Source: a virus. From it: DNA of 64,000 nucleotides. The DNA lies in IMG/VR virus record IMGVR_UViG_3300047157_000171; one strand, given 5' to 3'. Of this stretch, positions 8,859-19,124 are shown one piece after another. The position numbers were made by a program, and so were the translations under genes. A model generated the notes under the pieces. That model did no database searches. It saw only the letters and a program-made list of their open reading frames with translations, and was not told where the DNA came from. Within the stretch, counting starts at the first letter, position 1. Each line of letters opens with the position of its first letter.

Positions 8859-10889
8859 TTATGACTTTTTTTCTGTTACTGAAATTTTTTCAGAATCCTT
8901 ATTTATTTTAAGGGAGTAACTCTTCCCCTCAACAATACCTTTACCTAATACTTCCTCAGCGATAAAGTCTTCTATGTATTCTTGAATCGCTCTACGTATT
9001 GGTCTTGCTCCGTATTTGGCGTCAAACCCTTTGTCTGCGATAAAGTCGATGATTGATGGTCCAAAACTAATGTTATAACCTCTTTCTACAATTCTCTTTG
9101 AGAGTTTATTCATTTCAATCTTTACGATTTTACCAATGTTTTCTTTCTCTAAAGCTTTGAAGACAACAATATCATCTAAACGGTTTAGGAATTCAGGTGA
9201 GAATTCTGCTTTTAGTGCTTTTTGAATTACACCTTTAGTGAGTTCTTCGTGTTGTGAAACCCTAGAGTCTGTACTAAATCCTAACCCCGTTCCGAAGTCT
9301 TGTAGTTTTCTTGCTCCAACATTAGAAGTCATAATAATTAAAGTATTTTTAAAGTTAATCTTACGACCTAAACCATCTGTTAAGTGGCCCTCATCTAATA
9401 CTTGAAGTAAGATATTAAAGACATCTCTATGTGCTTTCTCAATCTCATCGAAAAGTATTACAGAGTAAGGTTTGTTTTTAACTTGTTCGGTTAATTGACC
9501 ACCTTCGTCGTGTCCTACGTATCCTGGAGGAGACCCTACTAATCTTGATACTGAGTGTTTTTCCATTAACTCTGACATGTCCACACGAATCATTGCCGAT
9601 TCATCACCAAAGATTTCACGTGCTAATGTTTTAGCTAAGTGTGTTTTACCTACACCTGTCGAACCTAAGAAGATAAAAGAACCGATTGGTCTATTAGGTT
9701 CTTTAATCCCTACACGATTTCTACGAATTGCTTTAGAAATTTTAGTAACTGCGTCATCTTGTCCGATTACGTTAGCTTTTAAGGTTTTTTCTAAATTAAG
9801 TAATGACTTAGCTTCGTCACTGTCTAAACGAGTTACAGGAATATTAGTCATATCTGAAACAATTTTATAAACATCGTCTTCAGTGATTAAAGTTCTGTTT
9901 TCGTTTTGTTTTTGTTCCCACTCCTCTTTCTCAGTTGTTAACTTATTAATTAACTTCTTTTCTTGGTCTCTTAGTTCAGCAGCGATTTCATAGTTTTGTG
10001 TCTTAACCACATCCAACTTCTTTCTCTTAATTTCAGCTACTTGTAATTTAAGGTCTTCGATAAATTCAGGTAATTTAACATCGATTTGCGCCTTTGCACC
10101 TACCTCATCTAAGATATCGATAGCCTTGTCAGGTAATTCACGGTCAGTAATGTATCTGTCCGATAAAGTAACACAAGCCTCTAATGATTCTTCGCTATAC
10201 TTAACCTTATGATGGTTCTCGTATTTAGATTTGATATTAGAAAGGATAATCATTGTTTCCTCAGTTGTCGCAGGGTCAACCAATACTTTTTGAAAACGTC
10301 TTTCTAATGCTCCGTCTTTTTCAATATTCTCACGATACTCGTCTAACGTAGTAGCACCAATACATTGTATTTCACCACGAGACAGTGCTGGTTTAATGAT
10401 GTTCGAAGCATCTAATGAACCTGAAGAGTTACCAGTTCCAATGATGGTATGTATCTCATCAATAAAGACTACTACATTATCATTATCAACCAACTCTTCT
10501 AAAATCGCCTTAAGTCTTTCCTCAAACTGTCCACGGTATTTAGTACCTGCAACAACAGAAGTTAAATCTAATGAAACTATACGTTTATCCGCTAAGTTTT
10601 TAGGACAGTCTCCTTGGTGTATTTTTATTGCTAACCCTTCCACGATTGCGGTTTTACCTGAACCAGGTTCACCAATAACAATCGGGTTATTCTTTTTACG
10701 ACGAGATAAAATCTGTGCGATTCTATTAATCTCTTTCTCTCTACCAATTACAGGGTCAAGTTTTCCTTGTTCTGCTAATTTAATTAAATCACGAGAGAAA
10801 TTATCCAACACGGGTGTTCTCGAATCGTTTTTACTTTTCTTCATTGGAAGTCTTCTACCTCCTCCTTGTTCTTCGAATTCTGTATCCAT
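8859..10889 (-). CDS. clpC: ClpC-like Hsp100 AAA+ ATPase lacking the N-terminal Clp-repeat domain
   Basis: Two Walker A motifs (GEPGSGKT, GSTGVGKT), FIDEIH and LFDEIEK Walker B, short UVR-type middle coil (YEIAAELRDQE), GLGF ClpP-docking loop. Confidence 0.9.
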   Translation of the reverse strand: MDTEFEEQGGGRRLPMKKSKNDSRTPVLDNFSRDLIKLAEQGKLDPVIGREKEINRIAQILSRRKKNNPIVIGEPGSGKTAIVEGLAIKIHQGDCPKNLADKRIVSLDLTSVVAGTKYRGQFEERLKAILEELVDNDNVVVFIDEIHTIIGTGNSSGSLDASNIIKPALSRGEIQCIGATTLDEYRENIEKDGALERRFQKVLVDPATTEETMIILSNIKSKYENHHKVKYSEESLEACVTLSDRYITDRELPDKAIDILDEVGAKAQIDVKLPEFIEDLKLQVAEIKRKKLDVVKTQNYEIAAELRDQEKKLINKLTTEKEEWEQKQNENRTLITEDDVYKIVSDMTNIPVTRLDSDEAKSLLNLEKTLKANVIGQDDAVTKISKAIRRNRVGIKEPNRPIGSFIFLGSTGVGKTHLAKTLAREIFGDESAMIRVDMSELMEKHSVSRLVGSPPGYVGHDEGGQLTEQVKNKPYSVILFDEIEKAHRDVFNILLQVLDEGHLTDGLGRKINFKNTLIIMTSNVGARKLQDFGTGLGFSTDSRVSQHEELTKGVIQKALKAEFSPEFLNRLDDIVVFKALEKENIGKIVKIEMNKLSKRIVERGYNISFGPSIIDFIADKGFDAKYGARPIRRAIQEYIEDFIAEEVLGKGIVEGKSYSLKINKDSEKISVTEKKS

Positions 10890-10920
10890 ATATAAAAACT
10901 TTTTTTTGTTTTTGACTCTA

Positions 10921-10928
10921 CAAATATA
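10921..10928 (-). promoter_or_regulatory. Bacteroidota-type -7 element for clpC
   Basis: TATATTTG 31 nt upstream of the start; a second TATCTTTG at 11040-11047. Confidence 0.55.
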
Positions 10929-10963
10929 CTACATTTTATCTAAAAAACAATAGAATTACTATT

Positions 10964-11001
10964 TGTCAGTATTATTAGATTATAACTGACACTTTGTCAG
11001 T
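10964..11001. repeat. Inverted-repeat operator-like site in the clpC/dnaK divergent region
   Basis: TGTCAGT (10964) and perfect ACTGACA-CTT-TGTCAGT (10985-11001). Confidence 0.6.
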
Positions 11002-11125
11002 TAATCCCTATTCGGTATTTTTTTTGACCTAAGGAACCACAAAGATATGTATTATAGTTTAATCGACCAAAACATAACATATTAAATAAATCAAAACGTT
11101 TGTTGAATCTTTTAAAAAGATTATT

Positions 11126-11133
11126 TACTTTTG
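11126..11133 (+). promoter_or_regulatory. Bacteroidota-type -7 element for dnaK
   Basis: TACTTTTG with TTG 20 nt upstream. Confidence 0.5.
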
Positions 11134-11174
11134 GTATGACTACAAACGTCTAATATAAACAAATTAAAAAACAT

Positions 11175-13034
11175 ATGGGAAAAGTAATTGGTATTGACTT
11201 AGGAACAACAAACTCATGTATCTCTTTTATGGAGGGTGGAGAACCTAAAGTTATTGTAAATAATGAGGGAGGTAGGACTACCCCTTCAATTGTATCGTTT
11301 AAGGATGGCGATATTAAAGTAGGAAACACCGCAAAAAGAGTTTCCGTTACAAATCCTTTAAACACCATATACTCGGCTAAAAGATTTATCGGTCAGAGAT
11401 ATAGTGAGTTAAATGACGACCATAAAAACGTCGCATATAAAATTAAAAAGGGAAATAACGACTCTGTTGTTATAACCGCAAATGGTAGAGACTACGTACC
11501 TCAAGAGATTTCAGCAATGGTCTTACAAAACATTCGTAAAAGTGCTGAAGCGTTTTTAGGTGAGTCTGTTACTGAAGCGGTTATTACGGTACCCGCCTAT
11601 TTTAACGATTCACAACGTCAAGCAACTAAAGAGGCGGGTGAAATTGCGGGATTAAAGGTATTACGTATTATTAACGAACCAACGGCAGCTGCGTTAGCAT
11701 ATGGATTAGATAAGAAAGATAAAGACATGAAGGTCGTTGTCTTTGACTTAGGTGGTGGTACATTTGATGTGTCTATTTTAGAGTTAGGTGATGGTATCTT
11801 TGAGGTATTATCTACTAACGGTGATACACAATTAGGTGGTGATAACTTCGATGAAGCGATTATCGACCACTTTATGTCTCTAATCGAGATTCAATCAAAT
11901 GTAGATATCTCTGAAGACCCAATGGCGATTCAAAGAGTTAGAGAGGCCGCTGAGAAAGCTAAGGTGGAATTATCAACGGCAAATCAAACCTCTATTAGTT
12001 TACCTTATATATCTGCAGGTGCTAGTGGACCAATTCACTTTGAGACTACATTGACCAGAGCAGACTTTGATAGATTAACATCTAATTTAGTTGACCGTTC
12101 AATCAAACCTTGTGAAAAAGCATTGTCAGATGCGAACCTAACAATTGGTGAGATTGATGAAGTAATCTTAGTAGGAGGTTCAACTCGTATACCAGCAGTA
12201 CAGAATGCGGTTAAGAAGTTATTCGGTAAAGAACCAAATAAAGGAGTAAATCCTGATGAGGTTGTTGCAATGGGAGCATCGATTCAGGGTGGTGTATTGT
12301 CAGGAGACGTTACAGATGTATTATTATTGGATGTCACTCCACTTTCATTAGGTATTGAAACAATGGGTGGTGTTATGACAAAATTGATTGAATCAAATAC
12401 AACAATCCCCACTAATAAGTCACAGACGTTCTCAACGGCAATCGACAATCAAACGGTAGTAGAAATACACGTTTTACAAGGTGAAAGACCAATGGCCACA
12501 AATAACAGAACATTAGGTAAGTTTAAATTAGAAAGTATTCCAATGGCACCAAGAGGTATCCCACAGGTAGAAGTAACTTTTGATATTGACGCCAATGGTA
12601 TTTTAAATGTTTCGGCTAAAGATAAAGGAACCGGTAAAGAACAAAAGATTAAGATTGAATCCTCAACAGGTTTATCTGACGCAGACATCCAAAAGATGAA
12701 AGACGAGGCAGAACAAAATAGAGAAGAGGATAAAAAGAAGGAAGAAAAGATTAAACTTATTAATGAAGCCGATTCATATGTGTTTACAACAGAGAAACAA
12801 ATGTCTGAGTTAGGTGACAAAATTTCTGAAGATGAAAAAACAAACTTAGAGAAGTTAATAGGAGAACTTAATGAAGCTAAGACTTCAGAAAACTTAGAAC
12901 TTATCACGAGTAAGAAATCTGAACTTGAGGGTGTGTGGAATCAAATAACCACGAGACTATATCAAACAGGTGAAACAGGTGATAGTGGTGGACCTGATGA
13001 GGGGACACAAGATGTCGATTACGAAGAAGTTTAA
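11175..13034 (+). CDS. dnaK: Chaperone DnaK (Hsp70)
   Basis: [44 protein letters not shown] signatures. Confidence 0.98.
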   Translation: MGKVIGIDLGTTNSCISFMEGGEPKVIVNNEGGRTTPSIVSFKDGDIKVGNTAKRVSVTNPLNTIYSAKRFIGQRYSELNDDHKNVAYKIKKGNNDSVVITANGRDYVPQEISAMVLQNIRKSAEAFLGESVTEAVITVPAYFNDSQRQATKEAGEIAGLKVLRIINEPTAAALAYGLDKKDKDMKVVVFDLGGGTFDVSILELGDGIFEVLSTNGDTQLGGDNFDEAIIDHFMSLIEIQSNVDISEDPMAIQRVREAAEKAKVELSTANQTSISLPYISAGASGPIHFETTLTRADFDRLTSNLVDRSIKPCEKALSDANLTIGEIDEVILVGGSTRIPAVQNAVKKLFGKEPNKGVNPDEVVAMGASIQGGVLSGDVTDVLLLDVTPLSLGIETMGGVMTKLIESNTTIPTNKSQTFSTAIDNQTVVEIHVLQGERPMATNNRTLGKFKLESIPMAPRGIPQVEVTFDIDANGILNVSAKDKGTGKEQKIKIESSTGLSDADIQKMKDEAEQNREEDKKKEEKIKLINEADSYVFTTEKQMSELGDKISEDEKTNLEKLIGELNEAKTSENLELITSKKSELEGVWNQITTRLYQTGETGDSGGPDEGTQDVDYEEV

Positions 13035-13043
13035 GTATAAATT

Positions 13044-13068
13044 GAAACCCCTCGAAAGAGGGGTTTTC
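13044..13068 (+). terminator. Intrinsic terminator after dnaK
   Basis: GAAACCCCTC-GAAA-GAGGGGTTTTC. Confidence 0.8.
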
Positions 13069-13115
13069 TATTTTAATATAATTCTTAATATTTATATTAA
13101 TAAACACGCGTATTT

Positions 13116-13373
13116 ATGGCAATTATCTCAGAAAAGATATTAGGTAAAAAAATTAATGTTGTGTTAGATTCGTCTAACTTAAAAGAAGCAACATATCATA
13201 CAGACAGTAAAACTCTTTTAGTAGAGTTTAAAAATGGTGTCGAGTACGAATATTCTGACGTTCCGTGGGAAATATTCACAAAATTCAGAATGGCAGATTC
13301 ACAGGGAAGTTTCTTCAATAAAAATATTGGACGTGTTTTTGAGTATAAAAAAATCGAAGAAGATGAAAATTAA
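13116..13373 (+). CDS. KTSC-domain protein
   Basis: DSSNLKEATY...LLVEFKNGVEYEYSDVP...ADSQGSFFNKNI. Confidence 0.85.
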   Translation: MAIISEKILGKKINVVLDSSNLKEATYHTDSKTLLVEFKNGVEYEYSDVPWEIFTKFRMADSQGSFFNKNIGRVFEYKKIEEDEN

Positions 13374-14127
13374 AGAACAAAAAGACCCTAAAATCATACA
13401 AAGTTTCAAAACTAAGGACGAGTTATGTAGTGATATTTGGGAAGGAACTGAAGGTAGTCCTAAAATGGTTTCTGAAATTAGAGAACGTTTAATGGAGATT
13501 ACTAACGAATTTTTAGATTTCTTAGTTATTGAATTAGACATTGCTGACGTGATAATGACAGGTTCTTTATCTAACTATAATTGGTCTGAATTCTCAGACG
13601 TTGATTTACACGTTGTTTTAGACTTTGAAGATGTTGGTGAAAATGTTTCATTCATTAAAGAATTTTTTGATAGTAAACGTATCAATTGGAATACATCACA
13701 CAATATTCAAGTAAAAGGTTTTGAGGTTGAGTTATATGTACAAGACGCAAATGAAGCACATTTTTCTTCAGGTGTGTATTCGATATTAAAAGATAAGTGG
13801 ATTGTAGAACCAAAATCGGGTGGTAGAGAACCTGACGAAGAAAAATTAATATCTAAGGTAACACAGTGGATGAAGATAATCGATGAAGTTGTTGAAGAAT
13901 CTAAGGGTACCGGTGATTATGATAAAATCATGGAGGATATTAATAAAATAAGAAAAAAATTAAAACGTTTCCGTTCAACAGGGTTAGAAGAATACGGTGA
14001 ATATTCATATGAAAACTTGGTTTTCAAATTCTTAAGAAGAAACGGTTATATAGGTAAATTATTAGATGCTAAGAACGAACTATATGATAAGTCTTTGTCG
14101 TTAGATGAGGATAAAGTAGAAGAATAA
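13363..14127 (+). CDS. Pol-beta superfamily nucleotidyltransferase (likely start ATG 13363)
   Basis: IMTGSLSNYNWSEFSDVDLHVV (hGS...DhDh) and VELYVQD; overlaps the KTSC stop. Confidence 0.85.
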   Translation: MKIKEQKDPKIIQSFKTKDELCSDIWEGTEGSPKMVSEIRERLMEITNEFLDFLVIELDIADVIMTGSLSNYNWSEFSDVDLHVVLDFEDVGENVSFIKEFFDSKRINWNTSHNIQVKGFEVELYVQDANEAHFSSGVYSILKDKWIVEPKSGGREPDEEKLISKVTQWMKIIDEVVEESKGTGDYDKIMEDINKIRKKLKRFRSTGLEEYGEYSYENLVFKFLRRNGYIGKLLDAKNELYDKSLSLDEDKVEE

Positions 14128-14201
14128 TATTTTTTTGTTAAAAACAGATATTTATAATAGTATATACACGATAAACTAAATTTAGTTAAAGACATTTTAA
14201 A

Positions 14202-15743
14202 ATGAAAATGAAACCATTAGGTAGCGAAAAGCTAACAGGGCAAGATAAGATTCAAAGAATGATTGAAATTGCCAACTATAAGACAACGGACCATTCTGTG
14301 AATGAGTCAACAACTGAGTATACTAAATACGCAGTTGATGGTAATACGTACGCAATCGTTAAAGAAAACGATGGGTATTACGTTAAAACAGGTTTAAACG
14401 AGTCATCATTAGATTATGTTGATGGTATTTTAAACAAAAATAAAAACAGATTCAGTTCTTATTCAGGAGCACTTAAGAAAATCAATTTAATGATTAAACC
14501 GTTAAACGAACAGTTTAATGAAGGTAAAGAAGACCCTGTATTAAATGAGACTAAATATGTTTTAAAGAAACCAGCAGCCCCTTCACCAGAACCTGCAATG
14601 GACGAACCAATGATGGACGAACCAGCAATGGATGAGCCAGCAATGGACGTAGAGGATGAAGATTTAGACTTATCAGGTCTTAATTTAGGTGATGATTCAG
14701 AAGAGGATATCGATATCGAAGATGATTTAGATATGGATTCTGAGATTGGAGAACCTAAAGACGAAGAAGAAGGAAGTGGGTCATTAAAAAAAGTACAAAA
14801 ATTAACAGGTAAGTTAGGACAAGCTTTAAGAGAGATTAAAATCGACTTAGAGTCTTCTGACATTAAATACGTATTAAATTCAATAATTTCAGCAGTAGAC
14901 TTAACAAAGTTAAATTCTGAAGACTTAGAAGATGTTATGTCTAACTTTGAAGAGTTAGATGAATTCGAAATTGATGGTGAAGAGTCATTAGATTCGTCAG
15001 ATGAAGAATCAGGATTAGAAGACTTAGGTTTAGATATGGATGATTTACCAGCTGAAGAGGATGAAATGGAGTTAGAAGATGATTTATCCGAAGTTATTGA
15101 TATAGATGAAGAAGAAAAAGAATTAAACGAGTGGGGAAGTTCAGACCAAACCGCATTTAATCGTTCAGTACACACCGACTTAGGTGAACCTGAAAAAATG
15201 CCATCACCATTCTCATCAGAGTTTGAATCGGCAGTTGAATCAGCGGTTGATTTCTATTGGGATGATTGGTCAGAATATGAAGAAGACAGAAACGGATTAA
15301 TCGAACACGGTAAGAGATGTTACTTAAGAGCATACTTCAAAGAAACTTTTGATATGTTAGTTAAAATGTTCGAACCAGCGGTTGAAGATGAGGATATGGG
15401 TATGGAACCAAATTTAGAAATGGATTTAGATGAAGGGGCGTTTATGGACGGTCTTAAAACATTAGGTTCTAAATTTTTAACATATTATAAAGAAAATCCT
15501 GAAGCTAGAAAGATGGTAAATGATTTAGGTGCTAAAGCGGTTTCAAAGGGAACTAACAAAATTGCAGATAAATTAGACAAATCTGACACTATAGACATTG
15601 ATGGAAAATTTTCTGAAAAGTTAAAGAACGTAAATCCAACGGATAGTGAAATTGATAAGTTAGGTAACTTAATCTTTGGAGACTTAAGTGAGAGTGAAGT
15701 TTCAACAAAAATAGATAACGTTTTAGGTAAATACTTCAAATAA
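14202..15743 (+). CDS. Acidic late protein, probably prohead core or internal head protein
   Basis: 513 aa, very D/E-rich, many L/I/V-x-E sites, late motif at 14149. Confidence 0.65.
   Translation: MKMKPLGSEKLTGQDKIQRMIEIANYKTTDHSVNESTTEYTKYAVDGNTYAIVKENDGYYVKTGLNESSLDYVDGILNKNKNRFSSYSGALKKINLMIKPLNEQFNEGKEDPVLNETKYVLKKPAAPSPEPAMDEPMMDEPAMDEPAMDVEDEDLDLSGLNLGDDSEEDIDIEDDLDMDSEIGEPKDEEEGSGSLKKVQKLTGKLGQALREIKIDLESSDIKYVLNSIISAVDLTKLNSEDLEDVMSNFEELDEFEIDGEESLDSSDEESGLEDLGLDMDDLPAEEDEMELEDDLSEVIDIDEEEKELNEWGSSDQTAFNRSVHTDLGEPEKMPSPFSSEFESAVESAVDFYWDDWSEYEEDRNGLIEHGKRCYLRAYFKETFDMLVKMFEPAVEDEDMGMEPNLEMDLDEGAFMDGLKTLGSKFLTYYKENPEARKMVNDLGAKAVSKGTNKIADKLDKSDTIDIDGKFSEKLKNVNPTDSEIDKLGNLIFGDLSESEVSTKIDNVLGKYFK
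14594..14650 (+). repeat. Imperfect 15-nt tandem repeat (PAMDE-like x4)
   Basis: gcaatggacgaacca-like units encoding PAMDEPMMDEPAMDEPAMD. Confidence 0.7.
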
Positions 15744-15744
15744 T

Positions 15745-16167
15745 ATGAGATTAATTTATGTTAATGAACTTGGACCAAACTACATAGGTAATAATATTTA
15801 TGAATTTATCTTTGGTAGTAATGAGGTAGAACCTTTTGGTGACGGATGGGAATCTGTACCAGCTGCGGGTAACGCAAATCCTCCTGAGTTACAATACATA
15901 AAAAAGGTTGGAATATTAAAAGAATCAAATTTAAAACTACACTTAATACAAAATTCAGACTATTTTTGTGTTTATGACGCAGTTGAAGATGTTGTCGCTT
16001 TAGGGTGGGAAGATGCTGATACTGAGGAGATTGTAGACAAAGGTTTAACTCGTTTAGTGTTTAGGTTTGGTGAATCGTTAGATTCAGTTTCAGACAAACT
16101 ATACGAGAGGGATTTTGTTTTAACCTTTGATAAAGTAATTGATATCGTAGAACAAGATGAAGAATAA
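15745..16167 (+). CDS. Hypothetical protein in the head gene cluster
   Basis: 140 aa, coupled to neighbouring genes. Confidence 0.75.
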   Translation: MRLIYVNELGPNYIGNNIYEFIFGSNEVEPFGDGWESVPAAGNANPPELQYIKKVGILKESNLKLHLIQNSDYFCVYDAVEDVVALGWEDADTEEIVDKGLTRLVFRFGESLDSVSDKLYERDFVLTFDKVIDIVEQDEE

Positions 16168-16993
16168 TAAAAAATATAATGATTTATTAAGGGAAGGGTT
16201 TACAGAAAAGACCCTATCTATTCTTAATGAGAAAAAAATAGCAATCTTACATAGTAGGATTTTCTCTGAAGCGACATATAAGGTTTCTTCAGACAATGTG
16301 GACCAAATTAAAGATAAAGTCGATAGTGATGACACTATTGAAGTTACTGAGGAGGATGAAACACATGAAGAGGAATTAGATGAGGAGTCTGATTTCACTA
16401 AACCTGTATCTGCGGATAAGGGGTGGAAACAAGATACACACTCAAAACAAGTATCAGACAATAGATTAGACAAGACTGACGGAACGTTAAACTCTGTTAA
16501 GTTTGTTGAAAAAGGGAAACAAGCTAAAGAAGTTTCTAAGTCGGGTCATACAGGATTTGCACAACCAAAAGAAAAAGTTAATATTGGAGGTAAAAAGAAA
16601 GGGACTAAGTCCACTTCAGGGTCTTCAATGTCAGAATCAAAAACAACCAAAAAAGAATTGGTAAAATTCATATCTGAAATGGTAGAAAACACTACCTTAG
16701 CATCTCAAACTAAAACAGATAAATTACCCGACTTTATGGATATAGACATTTTTGATGGAAAATTAGGTGACATATTAGGAAACTCACCTGTAGAGACACC
16801 TGTAAAACCAACAACAACACCAGGTATAAAACCAGGTAAACCAATTGTTAAACCAAGACACTCACCAAAACCAAAAGCACAGATGGAAGATGAAAACATC
16901 GAAGAAAATGGAAGAACTTTCGCTGGTGGTGATGAGAAGAAAGGTGGGTTACCTAAACAAAGAGGTTCTAAACCTCAACAAATGAAAAAATAA
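16157..16993 (+). CDS. Hypothetical late protein with acidic and Pro/Lys-rich segments
   Basis: 278 aa, overlaps the previous stop. Confidence 0.7.
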   Translation: MKNNKKYNDLLREGFTEKTLSILNEKKIAILHSRIFSEATYKVSSDNVDQIKDKVDSDDTIEVTEEDETHEEELDEESDFTKPVSADKGWKQDTHSKQVSDNRLDKTDGTLNSVKFVEKGKQAKEVSKSGHTGFAQPKEKVNIGGKKKGTKSTSGSSMSESKTTKKELVKFISEMVENTTLASQTKTDKLPDFMDIDIFDGKLGDILGNSPVETPVKPTTTPGIKPGKPIVKPRHSPKPKAQMEDENIEENGRTFAGGDEKKGGLPKQRGSKPQQMKK

Positions 16994-16996
16994 GGT

Positions 16997-18364
16997 ATGA
17001 AAGATTTTGGATTCATATCGAAAGGTAGTATCTTAGCTGAGATTAAAAAAAACTTAGACGAGATGCCAATGAAATTTGACGGGACTCAAAGACCCGACCC
17101 TTCGATAGAAAAAACGATTGCAGATAAAGACAGTCCATTATCTGACAACCCTGCGTTAGATATTGACGTTAATGATAACGACATACCTGATACCTTTGAA
17201 GAGCTTTTAGCCTCAGAGAGATACAAACAGGTGGTCGATAAGTTTAAAGACGCCACAGGGTTCACTTCAGACGTTCAAACAGGTATGCAAGGTATTATGC
17301 AATTAATGCCGATGATTGGTCAATCATTCCAACAGGTTCAAGCAACAGAAAGTAGGTATAAGTCAGAATTAGAAAGACTTTCTATTAAATTAGTTGCTGA
17401 TGAAGAAGGATTAACTGAATTTGAGCCAGGGATATATGGAATAAAATCACACCCTGAAAAAAGATTTAGATTAGAATCTAAATTGGTTGGTATGGGACAA
17501 GTAAAACAAGATGATTTTACACAAACACCCGAAGAACCAACAGAAGAAGAATTTGAACAAGAAGAACAAGCATTTGAGACTTTCGAAGACTTAAAGTTAG
17601 AAAGAGCTAAAAGACGTTTTATAAACGCAATCATGCAAGGTTCATCTAAAAGAGGTCATTACATGTACGCATTGGTACAAAGAGAGTTAAGAGAACTAAC
17701 AGGTTCTGATAACTTATTCAATCAATACGGTATTATGATGACTGCTAACGATATGTTATATTGGCAAGTACCAGCATCGACTATGTTACCGGGAGGTTCT
17801 CCTGGTGGTGGTGATGCACCTGTTGGTGGTAGAGAAGAAGTGGATATGGAAACTGACCCACCAACGATTAAAGCTACGGCAATTTCGTTTCCAATTTTAT
17901 TACACGAACTGATTAAAGGTATTAAAGAATACTTAGGAGCATATTCTATGGATGATTTATCACCTGACCAAGCAGATAAAGTAGTTGAATTAGAAGATAC
18001 GTTAGATAAGGAGATATGGGATTTAAGATTAGGTCCGGCTATTTGGGATAGATTCAGAGCGTCATATCCACAAGAAGTTTTAATGGATGACGACAAGAAA
18101 TTCCTACAAAACGCCCTTTATGCTGAGTTTGTTGTGATGGACGCCAAAACATTACTATCATTATCTAATGAGGTAATGAGTGGTACTGATAGAGGTAAGT
18201 TAGTTTTACAACAATTAGTTGATGGTATTATTGAAAGAATGAAAGGTGAGGAGTCTGAGGAAGCAATGGAAGAGTTCCGTAACTCTATGGAAGATATTAA
18301 TGATGGTTTTAGTGATGATGATTTAGGTGACTTTTTGAGTGACTTTGGTATCGGATTGAACTAA
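16997..18364 (+). CDS. Hypothetical helical protein upstream of terL
   Basis: 455 aa, followed by a terminator. Confidence 0.75.
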   Translation: MKDFGFISKGSILAEIKKNLDEMPMKFDGTQRPDPSIEKTIADKDSPLSDNPALDIDVNDNDIPDTFEELLASERYKQVVDKFKDATGFTSDVQTGMQGIMQLMPMIGQSFQQVQATESRYKSELERLSIKLVADEEGLTEFEPGIYGIKSHPEKRFRLESKLVGMGQVKQDDFTQTPEEPTEEEFEQEEQAFETFEDLKLERAKRRFINAIMQGSSKRGHYMYALVQRELRELTGSDNLFNQYGIMMTANDMLYWQVPASTMLPGGSPGGGDAPVGGREEVDMETDPPTIKATAISFPILLHELIKGIKEYLGAYSMDDLSPDQADKVVELEDTLDKEIWDLRLGPAIWDRFRASYPQEVLMDDDKKFLQNALYAEFVVMDAKTLLSLSNEVMSGTDRGKLVLQQLVDGIIERMKGEESEEAMEEFRNSMEDINDGFSDDDLGDFLSDFGIGLN

Positions 18365-18388
18365 ACACAAACAATCATATTAAATACT

Positions 18389-18416
18389 ATGGGGGCTTTA
18401 TGTCCCCATTTTTTTT
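18389..18416 (+). terminator. Intrinsic terminator
   Basis: ATGGGGGC-TTTA-TGTCCCCAT plus T tract. Confidence 0.65.
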
Positions 18417-18440
18417 AGATAAAATTATTATTCGCACACT

Positions 18441-19121
18441 ATGAGATTATTATTCGCACAACATTTAGACCCTTCACTTAGAAAGGGTTTTGAAAACTTT
18501 TTTAATAGAGACCTAAAAGAAGAGATAATCACAATGACTAGGGTGTCTATTAAATCTGCATTAAAATTTTATTCTGATATTCATTTGTATTGTGATAAGG
18601 AGAGTGAAAAACATTATAACGATTTACCTATAACATTACACGAATTAAAAACGACACCTGAATTTTTTTGTGGTGCGAAGTTAGAGGTTTTAGAGGACCA
18701 AAAAGATTGTGATTTTATTTGGGTCGACCCTGATATTTTTATATCGACTAAGTTTAATATTAAAGACGATGTTAGGTTTATGTATGAGAAAAGCACCACA
18801 TTGGATGACAAGTATTATGAGAGGTTATCATATTTCTCAAAAAAGTACCCTGAATATCCAATGGTTAGAGAGTGGTTAAATGCTGGATTGTTATGGTTTA
18901 AAGATAGGGAGGTTTTAGATTACCATGTTAATTTATATAAGGAGTTAATGACTAAGACATTAGACGCTAGAATTGTTGAAACTTGGAATCTTTCACATTG
19001 TGCGACACAATTCACTAATCATGAGTTTAGAATGACTACTGAGTATTTACATTTTGATGGGTATAAAAAATTCTTTGGTATTAGTAGAGATATGATAAAA
19101 CAATTAGATTTATATTTATAG
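18441..19121 (+). CDS. GT-A fold glycosyltransferase-like protein
   Basis: KLEVLE...FIWVDPDIFI (DxD) and WLNAGLLWF. Confidence 0.6.
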   Translation: MRLLFAQHLDPSLRKGFENFFNRDLKEEIITMTRVSIKSALKFYSDIHLYCDKESEKHYNDLPITLHELKTTPEFFCGAKLEVLEDQKDCDFIWVDPDIFISTKFNIKDDVRFMYEKSTTLDDKYYERLSYFSKKYPEYPMVREWLNAGLLWFKDREVLDYHVNLYKELMTKTLDARIVETWNLSHCATQFTNHEFRMTTEYLHFDGYKKFFGISRDMIKQLDLYL

Positions 19122-19124
19122 TAT

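Noticed and set aside
8859-13034. Bacterial contamination or chimera at clpC/dnaK
   Set aside because: Composition, codon style and apparent GATC avoidance match the flanks, and the genes are bounded by phage-style terminators and late-motif genes.
16991-16999. Readthrough fusing ORFs 16157 and 16997 (same frame, TAA GGT ATG)
   Set aside because: The second ORF has its own ATG and a leader-like N-terminus; there is no readthrough signal beyond frame coincidence.
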